From positions 192,001 to 256,000 of the forward strand of contig CBDATS010000004.1 of the NCBI GenBank assembly GCA_965200245.1: 64,000 bases of DNA. Reading direction: 5' to 3'. Positions 22,584 through 36,495 of the stretch are shown piece by piece. A program made the translations under genes and the position numbers. The notes under the pieces are model-generated. The model saw only the letters and a list, made by a program, of their open reading frames with translations, was not told where the DNA came from and made no database searches. Origin of the DNA: a bacterium. Its GTDB lineage: Bacteria > UBA8248. Within the stretch, counting starts at the first letter, position 1. Every line of letters starts with the position of its first letter.

Positions 22584-25500
22584 TCAAGGGGTTATTCCAA
22601 GGATATCCCCCTCTTCCGCCGCAGGGGCCCTGTTGTCCTCTTCCTCGTCGATAATCGCGGGAATATCGTCCGTGATGGGCGCGAGTTCCACCTCAGGAGA
22701 CACAAGTTCCACCTGCTGATAGCGCCGCGCACCCGTGCCCGCAGGAATCAACCTGCCCATGATGACGTTCTCCTTGAGCCCCTGTAGGAAATCCACCTTG
22801 CCGGAAACCGCCGCCTGCGTGAGCACACGGGTGGTCTCCTGGAAGGAGGCCGCCGAGATGAAGCTGTCCGTGGAGAGAGAGGCGCGGGTGATGCCGAGCA
22901 GGATGGGTCGGCCCGTCGCCGGGGTTCTCCCCTCTTCTTCCGCCTCCTGGTTACGGCGCTGGAACTGTTCGCGCGTCACCTGTTCACCGATGACGAGGTC
23001 AGTCTCTCCAGGATCGACGACCTCAAGCCTTCTGAGCATCTGCCGCACGATAATCTCGATGTGCTTGTCGTTGATGTTCACGCCCTGGAGCCGGTACACT
23101 TCCTGTACTTCGTTGACGAGATAGTTCTGCAATTCATTCTCGCCGAGCACCGCCAGAATGTCGTGGGGGTTCACCGCGCCGTCCATGAGCGGTTCGCCCG
23201 CACGGACGTAATCCCCTTCCTGCACGTTCACGTGCTTGCCTCGGGGGATGAGGTAATCGCGCTCATCGCCTTCTTCGGAGACAACCATGAGGCGACGCAT
23301 GCCACGCTGGGTACCCGCGAACTTCACGTGTCCGTTAATCTCGGAGATCACAGCGTTTTCCTTGGGTCTGCGCGCTTCGAACAACTCGGCGACGCGCGGC
23401 AGACCGCCTGTGATGTCCTTGGTCTTCGAGGTCTCGCGTGTGATCTTGAAGATGATGTTGCCCGCTGAAATCGCCTCCCCCTCCTGTACGCTGATATGCG
23501 CCCCGGCCGGCAGGGGGTACACGGAAATTTGCTCGCCCGCTGCATCGAGAAGAGCGGCACGCGGCTGGAGCTTCTCGTCGGCGTGATCGAGTATCACCCG
23601 GCGAGAGAGACCCGTGATCTCGTCGATCTCTTCTTGCATTGTGAGGCCCTCGATGACGTCGATCAACGTGATGGTCCCCTCTTTTTCCGCCATGATGGAA
23701 AACGTGTAGGGATCCCACTCCAGGAGAATCTCTCCCTCGCTCACCCGGGAGTTTTCCCTCGAGCGAACATAGGCACCGTAGACTACCGGGTAGCGCTCGC
23801 GCTCGCGTCCCGTCTCGTCGCAGATGGCGATCTGCCCGTTGCGGTTCATGTTAATCATATCGCCTTCCTTGCTCGTGATGATCCGCAGGTTGATGTACTT
23901 CACGAAACCCTCGCGCTTGGCCTCTACCGTACTCTGTTCACCCGCTCTCGTGGCCGTACCGCCGATATGGAACGTGCGCATGGTAAGTTGCGTGCCCGGC
24001 TCGCCGATGGACTGGGCGGCAATGACGCCAACAGCTTCTCCCACCTCCACAAGATGGCCCGTGGCCAGGCCGCGTCCGTAGCATTTCGAGCAAACACCCG
24101 TCAGGGACTCGCAGGTAAGCACCGAGCGAATGGTGACCCGCTCCACACCTGCGTTTTCGATGAGGCGCACCTTCTCCTCGTTGATTTCTTCGCCTGCCGC
24201 GCAGAGAATCTCGTTGTTGAAGGGGTCCTTGATATCGTTCAGGGCAATCCGGCCGATGATACGCTCGCCCAGCGTCTGGATGATCTCACCACCCTCGACG
24301 AGAGCGCTCATCTCGATGCCGTTGATGGTCCCGCAGTCTTCCTCGTTGATGATGATGTCCTGGGCCACATCCACGAGGCGGCGCGTCAGATACCCGCTGT
24401 TCGCCGTCTTGAGCGCGGTATCCGCCAGGCCCTTGCGCGCGCCGTGCGTCGATATGAAGTACTGGAGCACGGAGAGACCCTCGCGGAAGTTCGCCGTAAT
24501 TGGCGTTTCGATAATCTCGCCCGAGGGCTTGGCCATCAGGCCCCGCATTCCGCCGAGCTGACGCAACTGGGCTGTGCTGCCCCGCGCACCCGAGTCGGCC
24601 ATAATGTAGATGGGATTGAAGTCGAACGGCTGGCCCTCCTCGCCGCCGGGCCCGCTCATCGCGGTCTCGTCGTCCTGTTCGAGCACCTTGAACATCTCGC
24701 CCGAGACTTCCTCAGTCACGTGCGACCAGATGTCGATGATCTTGTTGTAGCGCTCCCCGTCCGTAATCAGACCTTCGCGGTACTCTTTCTCGACCTCAAG
24801 CACCTCGCTGCGGGCATCTTCCGTGAGTTCGCCCTTGCTGGAGGGCACCTTCATGTCGTCGATAGAGATGGAAATTCCCGCCTGCGTCGCGTGCGTGAAG
24901 CCCAAGTTTTTGAGCGCGTCCAGGAACGTCACCGTCTTCGAACGGCCCGCCTTCTCGTAGCAGGTGGCAACGAGCCGCGTGAGTGCACGCTTGTCCATGA
25001 CGCAGTTCGCCGCCTCGAATGGAACGCCCTCGGGTAAAATTTCATAGAGCAGCACTCGCCCGACGGTGGTCTCCACCAACTCGTCTCCCAGACGAATCCG
25101 AATGCGTGTCTGCAGACCCACCTCGCCCTGATCGAATGCAATTCTCGCCTCACCCACGTTTCCAAACACATGGCCCTCTCCCTTCGAGCCGCCTCTCGGC
25201 TTCGTCAGGTAGTAGCAGCCCAGAATGATGTCCTGACTGGGCACAGCGAGAGGCATACCGTTCGCCGGCGAGAGAATATTGTTGGCCGAAAGCATCAGCA
25301 CGCGCGTCTCCTCCACGGCCTCCACCGAAAGGGGTACGTGCACCGCCATCTGGTCACCGTCGAAATCCGCGTTGAACGCCGCGCACACAAGAGGATGTAC
25401 GCGGATGGCCTTGCCTTCAACCAGGATCGGCATGAACGCCTGCATTCCGAGGCGATGCAACGTGGGTGCACGATTGAGAATTACCGGATGGTTGCGAACC

Positions 25501-26747
25501 ACCTCCTCAAGCACGTCCCAGACCTCGGGCCGCTCCTCCTCGACCATCTTTTTGGCCGCCTTGATGGTGGCGACCAAGCCTTTTTCCTCCAGACGATTGA
25601 AAATAAACGGCTTGAAGAGTTCGAGCGCCATCTTCTTCGGCAGGCCGCACTGGTTGAACTTGAGTTCCGGACCAATGACGATTACCGAACGCCCCGAGTA
25701 GTCCACGCGCTTGCCCAGAAGGTTCTGACGGAAGCGACCCTGCTTTCCCTTAAGCATGTCGGAGAGGCTTTTGAGCGGACGCTTGTTCGGGCCGCGGAGC
25801 AGACGTCCCCTGCGACCATTGTCAAACAGCGCGTCGACCGCCTCCTGGAGCATGCGCTTCTCGTTTCGGATGATGATGTCTGGCGCCCGCAACTCCTGGA
25901 GCCTGAGCAGGCGGTTGTTGCGGTTGATCACCCGGCGGTAGAGATCGTTCAGGTCGCTCGTGGCGAAGCGGCCGCCGTCGAGCGGCACGAGGGGTCGAAG
26001 TTCGGGCGGCAGCACGGGGATGACTTCGAGTATCATCCACTCGGCACGGTTGCCCGAATTCTTGAAGGAATCCACCACTTTCAGGCGCTTGATAAGTTTG
26101 CGCCGCTTCTGGAGGTTCGAGGTGTCGCGAATCTCCGCCTTGAGCGCCGCGGAGAGCGCTTCGAGGTCCAGTTGGGTGAGCAGTTCGCGAATCGCCTCCG
26201 CACCGATGCCGATTTTATACTCGTCCTCGTCGTATTCCTCATATATCTTTCGGTATTGCTCCTCGGTGAGGAGTTCGTATTTCTTCAGATCCGTCTCGCC
26301 CGGGTCGATGACGACATGGTTCTCGAAATAGAGAATCCGTTCCAGTTCGCGCAACGTCATGTCGAGCATGTTGCCAATGCGGCTGGGAAGGCCCTTGAAG
26401 AACCAAACGTGAGAGACCGGGGTGGCCAGTTCGATGTGGCCCAAGCGCTCGCGGCGCACTTTCGAGGAAATGACCTCGACGCCGCACTTCTCGCAAACCA
26501 CGCCCCTGTACTTCATCCGCTTGTACTTGCCGCAAAGGCACTCATAGTCCTTGACGGGGCCGAATATGACGGCGCAGAAAAGCCCGTCCCGTTCGGGCCT
26601 GAACGTGCGGTAGTTGATGGTCTCGGGCTTTTTCACTTCACCCGAAGACCAGGCGCGAATAGTATGCGGAGAAGCGATGCGAATACGTATCGCGTCGAAA
26701 GAAACGGGGTCCTTCGGCTTTTCGAATAAGTTCAAGTTGCTGTCCAA
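22584..26747 (-). CDS. rpoC: RNA polymerase beta' subunit
   Basis: [12 protein letters not shown], Zn-finger CLCGK..CEKC; TTG start at 26747 behind an AAGGAGG RBS. Confidence 0.99.
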   Translation of the reverse strand: MDSNLNLFEKPKDPVSFDAIRIRIASPHTIRAWSSGEVKKPETINYRTFRPERDGLFCAVIFGPVKDYECLCGKYKRMKYRGVVCEKCGVEVISSKVRRERLGHIELATPVSHVWFFKGLPSRIGNMLDMTLRELERILYFENHVVIDPGETDLKKYELLTEEQYRKIYEEYDEDEYKIGIGAEAIRELLTQLDLEALSAALKAEIRDTSNLQKRRKLIKRLKVVDSFKNSGNRAEWMILEVIPVLPPELRPLVPLDGGRFATSDLNDLYRRVINRNNRLLRLQELRAPDIIIRNEKRMLQEAVDALFDNGRRGRLLRGPNKRPLKSLSDMLKGKQGRFRQNLLGKRVDYSGRSVIVIGPELKFNQCGLPKKMALELFKPFIFNRLEEKGLVATIKAAKKMVEEERPEVWDVLEEVVRNHPVILNRAPTLHRLGMQAFMPILVEGKAIRVHPLVCAAFNADFDGDQMAVHVPLSVEAVEETRVLMLSANNILSPANGMPLAVPSQDIILGCYYLTKPRGGSKGEGHVFGNVGEARIAFDQGEVGLQTRIRIRLGDELVETTVGRVLLYEILPEGVPFEAANCVMDKRALTRLVATCYEKAGRSKTVTFLDALKNLGFTHATQAGISISIDDMKVPSSKGELTEDARSEVLEVEKEYREGLITDGERYNKIIDIWSHVTEEVSGEMFKVLEQDDETAMSGPGGEEGQPFDFNPIYIMADSGARGSTAQLRQLGGMRGLMAKPSGEIIETPITANFREGLSVLQYFISTHGARKGLADTALKTANSGYLTRRLVDVAQDIIINEEDCGTINGIEMSALVEGGEIIQTLGERIIGRIALNDIKDPFNNEILCAAGEEINEEKVRLIENAGVERVTIRSVLTCESLTGVCSKCYGRGLATGHLVEVGEAVGVIAAQSIGEPGTQLTMRTFHIGGTATRAGEQSTVEAKREGFVKYINLRIITSKEGDMINMNRNGQIAICDETGRERERYPVVYGAYVRSRENSRVSEGEILLEWDPYTFSIMAEKEGTITLIDVIEGLTMQEEIDEITGLSRRVILDHADEKLQPRAALLDAAGEQISVYPLPAGAHISVQEGEAISAGNIIFKITRETSKTKDITGGLPRVAELFEARRPKENAVISEINGHVKFAGTQRGMRRLMVVSEEGDERDYLIPRGKHVNVQEGDYVRAGEPLMDGAVNPHDILAVLGENELQNYLVNEVQEVYRLQGVNINDKHIEIIVRQMLRRLEVVDPGETDLVIGEQVTREQFQRRNQEAEEEGRTPATGRPILLGITRASLSTDSFISAASFQETTRVLTQAAVSGKVDFLQGLKENVIMGRLIPAGTGARRYQQVELVSPEVELAPITDDIPAIIDEEEDNRAPAAEEGDILGITP

Positions 26748-26831
26748 TTCAACCCTCCTTGGGAATATGCGCGTCATCCCTTGGGCGACGGTCGATGGAA
26801 CCGCCAAACAAACAGGCTCGATAATTCAACT

Positions 26832-29800
26832 TTAGCTTGGCGCCTCGCCGCTCTCTATCAGCTCGACGTCGAGGGCGAGGCTCTGGAGTTCCTTCATCAG
26901 CACGTTGAAGGACTCGGGCAGACTCGCCTCAAGGGAGTTCTCACCCTTCACGATGGATTCGTAAATTCGAGTACGGCCAGAGACGTCGTCGCTCTTCACC
27001 GTCAGTATCTCCTGGAGCGTCTTGGCGGCGCCATAGGCCTCAAGTGCCCAAACCTCCATCTCGCCGAGGCGCTGCCCTCCGAACTGTGCCTTGCCGCCGA
27101 GAGGCTGCTGCGTCACCAGCGAATACGGACCCGTCGAGCGCGCGTGAATCTTGTCGTCCACGAGGTGGTGGAGTTTTAACATGTAGATCATCCCCACCGT
27201 GACTTTCTGCTCGAAGGGCTGGCCGGACTTACCGTCATAGAGCTGGGTTTTGCCGTAGGGGGGCAACTCGGCCTCTTCCGTAAATCGCACGATGTCCTGT
27301 TCCGTAGCACCGTCGAAGACAGGAGTCGCGAAATGCTTGCCGAGAACCTTCGCGGCCCATCCCAGGTTCGTCTCCAGTATCTGGCCGACGTTCATTCGCG
27401 AGGGCACGCCGAGGGGGTTCAATACAATCTCGATGGGAGTACCGTCCTCAAGATAGGGCATATCCTCTTCGGGAACGATGATGGATACGACCCCCTTGTT
27501 CCCGTGGCGACCGGCCATCTTGTCCCCCACCTGGAGCTTGCGCTTCATCGCCACGTAGACTTTCGCCATCTTGAGAACACCGGGGGGAAGTTCATCGCCA
27601 CGCTGAAGCTTTGCTATCTTCTCTTCCAAAATGCTTTCGAGAAGTGCCACCTGCTCGGTCGTGTGATCAGCCATGGTCTTGACCTGATCAAGTAAATCCC
27701 TCTCGACGGGCAGGTTCAGAAGGTTCACGCCGCTGAAACTCGCGAGGCCTTCCGCGTTCAACTCCTCCCCCGCGGAGAAGAATTTCTCGCCCGACCTGGG
27801 GTGCACCACGTCAGCTAGAGCGTGCTGGCCGATGAGCAAAGAGCGGATTCTGGCGTCACCCTCTTCAAGCAGGATGCGGATTTCATCTCCATAATCCTTC
27901 TCCAGCCTGTTGATCTCCGCCTCTTCGATCTGAAGCATGCGCGCGTCCTTCTCCGCGCCACGCCGGGAGAATACCCGAACCTCCACAGCGGTACCCTCGA
28001 TACCCGGGGGCACCCTGAGCGAGGAGTCGCGGACGTCACCCGCCTTCTCGCCGAAGATGGCTCGCAGAAGCTTCTCCTCGGGGCTGAGCTGTGTCTCTCC
28101 CTTGGGCGTGATGCGCCCGACGAGTACGTCTCCCGGGCTGACCCGCGCGCCCACGCGAACGATGCCGCTCTCATCGAGATCGCGCAACGCCTCTTCACTC
28201 TGGTTCGGGATGTCACGCGTAATCTCTTCGGGACCCTGCTTCGTGTCGCGCGCCTCTATCTCGAACTCCTCGATGTGCAAGGAGGTATAAATGTCTTCCT
28301 TGACGACTTTCTCGGAGATGACGATGGCATCCTCGAAGTTGTAGCCGTTCCAGGGCATAAAGGCGACGAGCATGTTCCTGCCCAGGGCAAGCTCGCCCTG
28401 GTCGGTGGAGAAGCCATCCGCGATGATCTCTCCTTTCTTCACCTCCTGGCCCACATGGACGATGGGTTTCTGGTTGATGCATGTATTCTGGTTCGAACGG
28501 CGATACTTCACCAAATTGTGGATGTAAACGCCCTCTTCGGCCAGGTTGCCCGCTTGTTCCTTCGCACGAATCACGATTCTGGTCGCGTCCACGCTCACTA
28601 CCTGACCGTCGCACTTCGCGATGACGACCGCGCCCGAGTCCCGCGCTGCGATGCCTTCCATGCCGGTGCCGACGAAGGGCGCTTCGGGCTGCAGGAGGGG
28701 AACCGCCTGGCGCTGCATGTTCGAACCCATGAGTGCGCGGTTTGCGTCATCGTTCTCCAGGAAGGGAATCAGGGAGGTGGCCACGCTCACCAACTGCTTG
28801 GGTGAAACGTCCATGTAATCTACCTGCTCGCGGGGCACCATGACGAATTCGCCGCTCGTCCTCGCCGAGACAAAATCGTTGACAAGGTTTCCCTTCTCGT
28901 CCACGGGCGCGTTTGCCTGAGCGACCTTATACTTGTCCTCATCGATCGCGGAGAGCCATTCGACGGATTGGTTCACGCGCCCGTTCACCACCTTGCGGCA
29001 GGGCGTCTCGATGAATCCGTACTGGTTCACGCGTGCATAGGTGGAAAGACTCGCTATGAGTCCGATGTTTGGACCCTCGGGAGTCTCGATCGGGCAAATG
29101 CGGCCGTAGTGGGTGGCATGGACATCACGCACCTCGAAACCGGCCCGATCACGCGTCAACCCGCCGGGGCCCAGAGCCGAAAGCCTGCGCTTGTGGGTGA
29201 TCTCCGAAAGTGGATTCGTCTGATCCATGAACTGGCTCAACTGGCTGGAGCCGAAAAACTCCTTCACCGCCGCCGTTATCATTTTGGAGTTGACCAAGTC
29301 TCGCACCAGCAGGTTGTCCATATCCTGGATACTCAGCCGTTCGCGGATGGCGCGCTCCATGCGCACGAGACCAACACGGAACTGGCTTTCGAGCAACTCG
29401 CCCACCGAACGCACACGCCTGTTGCCGAGGTGATCGATGTCGTCCACCGTGCCCTGGCCGTGGCGAAGTTCGATGATGTAGCGGACCGTGGCGGTGACGT
29501 CGTTGAGCGTAAGCGTCCTCTGATCCAGCGGGAGGTTCAGGCCGAGTTTCGTGTTCAGCTTGAGCCGCCCGATGCGCGAGAGGTCATATCGCTTCGAGTT
29601 GAAGAAGAGATTCTCGAAAAGAAGACGCGCCGTTTCCTTGGTCGGCGGATCTCCCGGGCGCAGGCGCTTGTATATCTCGACGAGGGCGTCTTCCTGCGTC
29701 TCACACTTATCCGAAGTCAGGGTATCCCGGATCGTCCTGTCCGCGCCCACGCCGGAAACATAGAGAATGGCCAGCTTGGGGATTTTCCTGTCGCGCAGGG

Positions 29801-30878
29801 CGGCGAGAACCTCAGATGTTATCTCGAGGTTCGTGTCGAAAAGCACCTCTCCGGTTTCGGGATCTGGCACTGGCTGGGCCAGAATACCCCCGACGACTTC
29901 CTCGTCCTTGAGTTCAAGGTTTTCGACGCCTGCGGCCTGAAGCTTCCTGAGCGCGGCGCGCGTGAACTTGCGTCCGGATCGCAGGACGAGTTCGCCCGTA
30001 TCGGGCAGGACGATGTCCTCGAAAATCCTCTGGTTCACCATGAGTTCGGAAAGCTTCTTGTAGTAGGCGTCTCTTTTCTCGTCGTAGAAGAGTTCCTCAC
30101 TCTGATAGAAGGAATTGAGAATGTCGTCCTTGTCCAGGCCGAACGCGCGCAGCAGGATGGTGACGGGAAGCTTGCGGCGTCTGTCTATCCGGACGAAGAG
30201 CAGGTCCTTGCTGTCGAATTCAAAATCGAGCCAACTCCCACGGTAGGGGATAAGCCTGGCCGTGAAGGCCGATTTTTCACTGGGCTTCGCCTTGTCTGCG
30301 CTGAAGAAGGCGCCCGGGGAGCGGTGCATCTGGCTGACGACGACCCGCTCCGTGCCGTTGATGATGAAGGTGCCATTCTCCGTCATCAGGGGGATTTCCC
30401 CCAGGTACACCTTTTGCTCCTTCACCTCGCGGACGCGGCGTTCCTTGGTCTGCTCGTCGCGTTCGTATACCGTGAGGCGCAGCATGAAGCGAAGGGGCGC
30501 GACGAAGGTCATTCCTCTCTGGCGGCATTCATCAACCTCATGTTTTTGACGGCAGAAGACTTCCACCCCGTCATCGTCCTTCACGCCGGTGCCGCCTATG
30601 CCGGGATACTCCTCGCCCCTCGACTCCCAGACGCCTATTTCATAACCAAGGTATTCGAGCGTCACGTTCTCGGCGGCGTCGGAGATGGGAAACACGCTGC
30701 GGAATACGCCTTCCAGCCCCTCGTCCGTCCGACGCTCCGAGGGATTCGTTTCCCACTGGAGAAACCGCTCGTAGGAAGAAAGCTGAGTGTCGATCAAATT
30801 CGGAATATCGATAACCGCAGGTATAGAGGCGAAATCCTCACGAACCCGACGGCCGTTCTTGGCATTTTTTATGTTCAT
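26832..30878 (-). CDS. rpoB: RNA polymerase beta subunit
   Basis: [46 protein letters not shown]. Confidence 0.99.
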   Translation of the reverse strand: MNIKNAKNGRRVREDFASIPAVIDIPNLIDTQLSSYERFLQWETNPSERRTDEGLEGVFRSVFPISDAAENVTLEYLGYEIGVWESRGEEYPGIGGTGVKDDDGVEVFCRQKHEVDECRQRGMTFVAPLRFMLRLTVYERDEQTKERRVREVKEQKVYLGEIPLMTENGTFIINGTERVVVSQMHRSPGAFFSADKAKPSEKSAFTARLIPYRGSWLDFEFDSKDLLFVRIDRRRKLPVTILLRAFGLDKDDILNSFYQSEELFYDEKRDAYYKKLSELMVNQRIFEDIVLPDTGELVLRSGRKFTRAALRKLQAAGVENLELKDEEVVGGILAQPVPDPETGEVLFDTNLEITSEVLAALRDRKIPKLAILYVSGVGADRTIRDTLTSDKCETQEDALVEIYKRLRPGDPPTKETARLLFENLFFNSKRYDLSRIGRLKLNTKLGLNLPLDQRTLTLNDVTATVRYIIELRHGQGTVDDIDHLGNRRVRSVGELLESQFRVGLVRMERAIRERLSIQDMDNLLVRDLVNSKMITAAVKEFFGSSQLSQFMDQTNPLSEITHKRRLSALGPGGLTRDRAGFEVRDVHATHYGRICPIETPEGPNIGLIASLSTYARVNQYGFIETPCRKVVNGRVNQSVEWLSAIDEDKYKVAQANAPVDEKGNLVNDFVSARTSGEFVMVPREQVDYMDVSPKQLVSVATSLIPFLENDDANRALMGSNMQRQAVPLLQPEAPFVGTGMEGIAARDSGAVVIAKCDGQVVSVDATRIVIRAKEQAGNLAEEGVYIHNLVKYRRSNQNTCINQKPIVHVGQEVKKGEIIADGFSTDQGELALGRNMLVAFMPWNGYNFEDAIVISEKVVKEDIYTSLHIEEFEIEARDTKQGPEEITRDIPNQSEEALRDLDESGIVRVGARVSPGDVLVGRITPKGETQLSPEEKLLRAIFGEKAGDVRDSSLRVPPGIEGTAVEVRVFSRRGAEKDARMLQIEEAEINRLEKDYGDEIRILLEEGDARIRSLLIGQHALADVVHPRSGEKFFSAGEELNAEGLASFSGVNLLNLPVERDLLDQVKTMADHTTEQVALLESILEEKIAKLQRGDELPPGVLKMAKVYVAMKRKLQVGDKMAGRHGNKGVVSIIVPEEDMPYLEDGTPIEIVLNPLGVPSRMNVGQILETNLGWAAKVLGKHFATPVFDGATEQDIVRFTEEAELPPYGKTQLYDGKSGQPFEQKVTVGMIYMLKLHHLVDDKIHARSTGPYSLVTQQPLGGKAQFGGQRLGEMEVWALEAYGAAKTLQEILTVKSDDVSGRTRIYESIVKGENSLEASLPESFNVLMKELQSLALDVELIESGEAPS

Positions 30879-30971
30879 ATTGGCTCACCTCAAGAAAGTG
30901 GGGGCGACTCAAGTAATGCGCCGACCCCGTATCAACCGCAGGGATCGGGTCATCTGCATCCCGGGTGAGCT

Positions 30972-31355
30972 TTATGTGATCTCTACCTCCGCACCGACTT
31001 CCTTAAGTTTCTCGGCGGCAGCTTCGGCGTCTTCCTTGGGAACCGCCTCTACGACGGCCTGGGGTGCGCTTTCCACCAAGTCTTTCGCCTCCTTGAGACC
31101 AAGGCTGGTCAATTCACGGACGGTCTTGATAACCTTGATTTTTTCCGAACCAAAAGATTTGAGGGTGACGGTGAAATCGGTTTTCTCCTCCGCCGCTTCG
31201 CTCGCGTCGCCGCCCGCCGCCATTCCCGCTCCAGCCATCATCATGGGCACCGCCGCGGTTACGCCGAACTTCTCCTCAAGCTCCTTGACGAATTCGCTCA
31301 ACTCCATCACCGTCATATTTTCAATGAAATCGATAACTTCCTCTTTTGTCGCCAC
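30972..31355 (-). CDS. rplL: 50S ribosomal protein L7/L12
   Basis: [20 protein letters not shown]. Confidence 0.99.
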   Translation of the reverse strand: MATKEEVIDFIENMTVMELSEFVKELEEKFGVTAAVPMMMAGAGMAAGGDASEAAEEKTDFTVTLKSFGSEKIKVIKTVRELTSLGLKEAKDLVESAPQAVVEAVPKEDAEAAAEKLKEVGAEVEIT

Positions 31356-31459
31356 AATTCGCCCTTTCCTCGCATGCGCAACAAACCATCGACCAGATTA
31401 CGGCCATTTTATTTTGGGAAATTTCATCGTTTTGCCCATTCCAAGGGCAATCCATCATG

Positions 31460-32023
31460 CTACACCTGTTCTTGTTTTTTGGCAATGGCGTCGACAACAT
31501 TTATGAACTGTGAAATGACGCCGTTCAGAACCCTCGGCAGACCCGCGACAGGAGCCTGCAATGCGGATAGCAACATCGAGAGCAGTACTTCGCGCGATGG
31601 CAGGTCCGCGAGCGACTCTACCTCGGCGGCTTCGAGGAATCTGCCGTCCAGAACCCCGCCCTTGATCGCACCGGCGGACTCTGCTTTTACGAATTCCTTG
31701 AGTAACTTGGCGGGCGCCGCCGGGTCGCCGTCCGTCGTCACGATGGAAATCGGACCGACAAGCCTTCCGCGCAATTCCTCGAAGGCCGTACCGTCCGCCG
31801 CGCGTTCGGTGAGCGTATTCTTAACCACGGATAGCCGAACACCGACCTCGCGCGTCTGACGCCTGAGCGATGTCATCTGCGCGACACTCAGCCCGCGATA
31901 GTCGAACAGCACCAAGGACGTGCTCTCGTTGAAGCGGTTCAAAAGCGCTTCTACCGCCTCCACTTTATCGGCGCGTGCGGCCTTGCCTGTCGCCAGCCTC
32001 CCCTGCTCCACAACTGCTGCCAT
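31460..32023 (-). CDS. rplJ: 50S ribosomal protein L10
   Basis: DYRGLSV, VVKNTL, LADLPSRE. Confidence 0.97.
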   Translation of the reverse strand: MAAVVEQGRLATGKAARADKVEAVEALLNRFNESTSLVLFDYRGLSVAQMTSLRRQTREVGVRLSVVKNTLTERAADGTAFEELRGRLVGPISIVTTDGDPAAPAKLLKEFVKAESAGAIKGGVLDGRFLEAAEVESLADLPSREVLLSMLLSALQAPVAGLPRVLNGVISQFINVVDAIAKKQEQV

Positions 32024-32035
32024 TTCAGGGCCTCC

Positions 32036-32740
32036 TTATTTCAGTGCCGCGAGAAGAGACTGGTGGTCAACCTTTACGCCGGGCCCCATCGTGCTGGAGA
32101 TGGTGAGACCCCTGAAATACACCCCCTTGCTCGCCGCGGGTTTCGCGCGAACGAGCGCGTCCACGACCGCCGCGACATTCTCGGAAAGCGCCTTTTCCTC
32201 GAAACTCACCTTTCCGACCGGAGCGTGAATGATGCCCGCCTTATCCACGCGATATTCCACCTTGCCCGCCTTGATCTCCCGGACCATACGGCCCACGTCG
32301 AAAGAGACAGTTCCCGATTTCGGGTTGGGCATCATCCCACGCGGCCCGAGCAGTCGTCCGAGCTTGCCTACAACGCTCATGACATCGGGGGTCGCTACCA
32401 CGCGGTCGAACTCCATCCAGCCGCCTTGAATCTTCTCGGCCAGATCGTCTGCTCCCACATATTCGGCGCCCGCTTCTTTCGCCTCGGCCACCTTCTCGCC
32501 TTTAGCGAACGCCACGACGCACTCCTCCTTGCCGATGCCGTTGGGCAGAACGACGCTCCCCCTGACCATCTGATCCGCGTGGCGCGGGTCCACACCGAGC
32601 TTGGCGGATATCTCGACCGTCTCGTCGAATTTCGCCGAAGATACCTCCTTCACGAGGCCGACGGCCTCAGAGAGAGGATGCAGCTTCCCCCTGTCGACCC
32701 GTTCCTTGGCCTGTGTGTAATTCTTGCCGTGTTTTGGCAT
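32036..32740 (-). CDS. rplA: 50S ribosomal protein L1
   Basis: [21 protein letters not shown]; true start MPKHGK at 32740. Confidence 0.99.
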   Translation of the reverse strand: MPKHGKNYTQAKERVDRGKLHPLSEAVGLVKEVSSAKFDETVEISAKLGVDPRHADQMVRGSVVLPNGIGKEECVVAFAKGEKVAEAKEAGAEYVGADDLAEKIQGGWMEFDRVVATPDVMSVVGKLGRLLGPRGMMPNPKSGTVSFDVGRMVREIKAGKVEYRVDKAGIIHAPVGKVSFEEKALSENVAAVVDALVRAKPAASKGVYFRGLTISSTMGPGVKVDHQSLLAALK

Positions 32741-32808
32741 TTGCCTGCTTCCTCCTTCGTGGTTCGAACGACGCCTGGCACTGACGCCTTCCACCTTGAT
32801 TCGAAAAA

Positions 32809-33234
32809 CTATCCGCTGACCTCGATGCCCATACTCCGGGCCGTGCCCTCGATGATACGGACGGCCCCTTCGAGGTCGGCGCTGTTCAGGTCGTCTTTCT
32901 TGGTTTCCGCTATCTCTTCGAGTTGTTTGCGCGTCACGCTGCCCACACCCTCGCGCCCGGGTTCGGAGGAACCCTTCGCCAGGGCGGCGGCCTGCTTGAG
33001 GAGGGCCGAGGCGGGCGGACTTTTCATGATGAAGGTGAAGCTCTTGTCCGCGTACACCGAGATCACGACCGGTATGATCGTACCTTCCCTGCCCTGAGTC
33101 TGCGCGTTGAAGGCCTTGCAGAATTCCATGATGTTCACGCCCTGCTGGCCGAGTGCAGGCCCGACGGGCGGGGCGGGATTCGCCTGGCCTGCCGGAATTT
33201 GAAGTTTGATGATGCCGACCGCTTCTTTCGCCAT
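32809..33234 (-). CDS. rplK: 50S ribosomal protein L11
   Basis: [21 protein letters not shown]. Confidence 0.99.
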   Translation of the reverse strand: MAKEAVGIIKLQIPAGQANPAPPVGPALGQQGVNIMEFCKAFNAQTQGREGTIIPVVISVYADKSFTFIMKSPPASALLKQAAALAKGSSEPGREGVGSVTRKQLEEIAETKKDDLNSADLEGAVRIIEGTARSMGIEVSG

Positions 33235-33332
33235 TTTCCCCTCTCGAACAATCCAAGCCCAGAGCATCGCCCGGGCTTCCTTTATTTCTATTTCCCGGAG
33301 GCGGCGAACTGCGCGCCCCGGCTTGATTTCGC

Positions 33333-33860
33333 TTACACTTTCTCCACCTGGAGCATCTCAAGTTCCACGGGCGTTGCGCGACCGAAGATGCTGACCATGA
33401 CCTTGAGTTTTCCTCGATCGGCGTGAACCTCATCGATCTCGCCGGTGAAGTTCACGAAAGGTCCGTCTATCACGCGGATGTTCTCGCCTTTTTCGAAATC
33501 GATCTTGGGCTTGGGCTTCTCGGCTTCCCCGCTCATCTGCTTTAGGATGTTCTCCATCTCGGATTCCGAGAGAGGACTCGGAGCGGTCCCACCCAGAAAA
33601 CCCGTCACCTTCGGCGTGTTCTTGACGATGTACCAGGTATCCTCGTCGCACTCCATGCGGATCAAGATATAGCCGGGGAAGAACTTCCGGGAACTCGTGC
33701 GCCTCTTGCCCCCCTTGACCTTTACCACCTGCTCGGTGGGAACCACGATTTCCTCAAGCTTCTCCTCGTATTCCTTCCCGCGAAACTGCTCTTCAATCGA
33801 GCGCTTCACCTTGTTTTCGAAACCCGAGTAGGTGTGCACCACATACCAGTTCATGGACAT
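33333..33860 (-). CDS. nusG: Transcription factor NusG
   Basis: [19 protein letters not shown] motif, [11 protein letters not shown]. Confidence 0.99.
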   Translation of the reverse strand: MSMNWYVVHTYSGFENKVKRSIEEQFRGKEYEEKLEEIVVPTEQVVKVKGGKRRTSSRKFFPGYILIRMECDEDTWYIVKNTPKVTGFLGGTAPSPLSESEMENILKQMSGEAEKPKPKIDFEKGENIRVIDGPFVNFTGEIDEVHADRGKLKVMVSIFGRATPVELEMLQVEKV

Positions 33861-33874
33861 GCCGAATTCCTGAC

Positions 33875-34090
33875 CTAGAAACCAAAATTGAGAAAATAGC
33901 TGACGGCTCGGGACAACGCCAAATCGACGAGCCCCAGATAAATCGCAATGATGAACACGAACACAAGGGCGACAGCAGTTTGCGCCGCCGTCTGGCGCAT
34001 ATCGAGCCATGTCACGCGTTTCGCTTCGCTCTGCACATCGCGCAGAAAGGTGCGCCCCTGATGAACCCAGCCCATTACCTTGTTATTCAT
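33875..34090 (-). CDS. secE: Preprotein translocase SecE
   Basis: E.KRVTW motif plus one TM helix, located between tRNA-Trp and nusG. Confidence 0.93.
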   Translation of the reverse strand: MNNKVMGWVHQGRTFLRDVQSEAKRVTWLDMRQTAAQTAVALVFVFIIAIYLGLVDLALSRAVSYFLNFGF

Positions 34091-34150
34091 CCATCCATTC
34101 TCCGCTGCTGCTCCGGGCCTTTCCCAACCAACTCTCGTCTACCGAATTCA

Positions 34151-34226
34151 TGGCAGGCCAGGAGGGACTCGAACCCCCAACCGCCGGATTTGGAGTCCGG
34201 TGCTCTGCCAATTGAGCCACTGGCCT
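34151..34226 (-). tRNA. tRNA-Trp (CCA)
   Basis: Cloverleaf, anticodon arm CCGGA-CT-CCA-AA-TCCGG, GTTCGA, encoded CCA end. Confidence 0.97.
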
Positions 34227-34253
34227 GTGAAAACCTTTTTCTGCTTCCTGAGA

Positions 34254-35468
<1,215 letters not shown>

Positions 35469-35666
35469 AAAAATACCTTCAGGGAGAGAGGAACCATTTC
35501 CTCCCTTCTACCTTACCATTCCCGAAAAACGCACTTTATACCCACTCGGCTGAAATCTTGTCCATCGCCACAGGGAAAATCGGCAAAACCCAGAGAGCGC
35601 AAGGCGTTTCATACAAATTACAAGATAATGCACAAACCTCAAATTATCAATGAATCTCACCCGCCC

Positions 35667-35742
35667 TGGAGCCCACGACCGGACTTGAACCGGTGACCTC
35701 TTCCTTACCAAGGAAGTGCTCTGCCGGCTGAGCTACGTGGGC
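35667..35742 (-). tRNA. tRNA-Thr (GGT)
   Basis: Anticodon arm CTTCC-TT-GGT-AA-GGAAG, CCA end. Confidence 0.97.
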
Positions 35743-35919
35743 CGACTACACCAAGGGCTCGCGAACGTCATTTATTTCAGCCGAAGCAACCTCATCGAAT
35801 GATGAAACCGGAGAGGCGTTCCGGGCGAATAATACAACTTATTCCGGCCAGGGCAACCCCAAAAGCCGAAAGTCACATGAATCAAACAAATACCAAGGCG
35901 GAAAATCCCCGACTCGTCC

Positions 35920-35995
35920 TGGAGCGGGAAACGGGGCTCGAACCCGCGACCCTCAGCTTGGAAGGCTGATGCTCTACCATCTGAGCTATTCCCGC
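35920..35995 (-). tRNA. tRNA-Gly (TCC)
   Basis: GCGGGAA acceptor, TCAGC-CT-TCC-AA-GCTGA, CCA end. Confidence 0.97.
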
Positions 35996-36041
35996 CTCTA
36001 AATCCAAAGCGCACGTCTCGCTCATCACAATATTCATCTTA

Positions 36042-36126
36042 TGGTGGGGAGGGGAGGATTCGAACCTCCGAAGGCTGAGCCGTCAGATTTACAGTCTGAT
36101 CCCTTTGGCCACTCGGGAACCTCCCC
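36042..36126 (-). tRNA. tRNA-Tyr (GTA)
   Basis: TCAGA-CT-GTA-AA-TCTGA, long variable arm, CCA end. Confidence 0.97.
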
Positions 36127-36288
36127 TGGAAACCAAGCCCAACAAAACAAACATAAATGCTATCAGAAAATTTCGCGGAAACCATCTGTTCCCCGAAACC
36201 GCCGCATCCATCCAAACCCGTAAAGAGATAACGCAGGCGACTTTCAGCCGGATTATCTGCTGCGGGGTCCTAAAGGCGCGTCCCGCCG

Positions 36289-36364
36289 TGGAGCTGGCGA
36301 GAGGACTCGAACCTCCGACCTGCTGATTACAAATCAGCTGCTCTACCAGCTGAGCTACGCCAGC
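36289..36364 (-). tRNA. tRNA-Thr (TGT)
   Basis: GCTGA-TT-TGT-AA-TCAGC, CCA end. Confidence 0.97.
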
Positions 36365-36379
36365 CCGCAAAGGCGGGTC

Positions 36380-36408
36380 AAATTAGGCCCACCCGCGCAC
36401 CTTGTCAA
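36380..36408 (-). promoter_or_regulatory. Sigma70 promoter of the tRNA-tuf operon
   Basis: TTGACA-N17-TAATTT followed by a GC-rich discriminator, directly upstream of tRNA-Thr. Confidence 0.75.
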
Positions 36409-36495
36409 GCCCCTCCCTTTTGTGAAAGCGAAAACAGGAAACGTGCGCCTGGGGTTCTGCTCCCGGAAAACCGGGCCAATCGCGAGGAAGGTTGC

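Noticed and set aside
23496-30968. Long antisense ORFs (513, 519, 327, 666 aa) opposite rpoBC, and similar ones opposite tuf, cysS, SSS and xdh
   Set aside because: Typical stop-poor shadow frames of GC-rich coding sequence, with no recognisable motifs
32036-33433. 465-aa ORF suggesting a giant L1 fusion
   Set aside because: The upstream part is an off-frame overlap of rplK/nusG; L1 starts at MPKHGK (32740) with its own RBS
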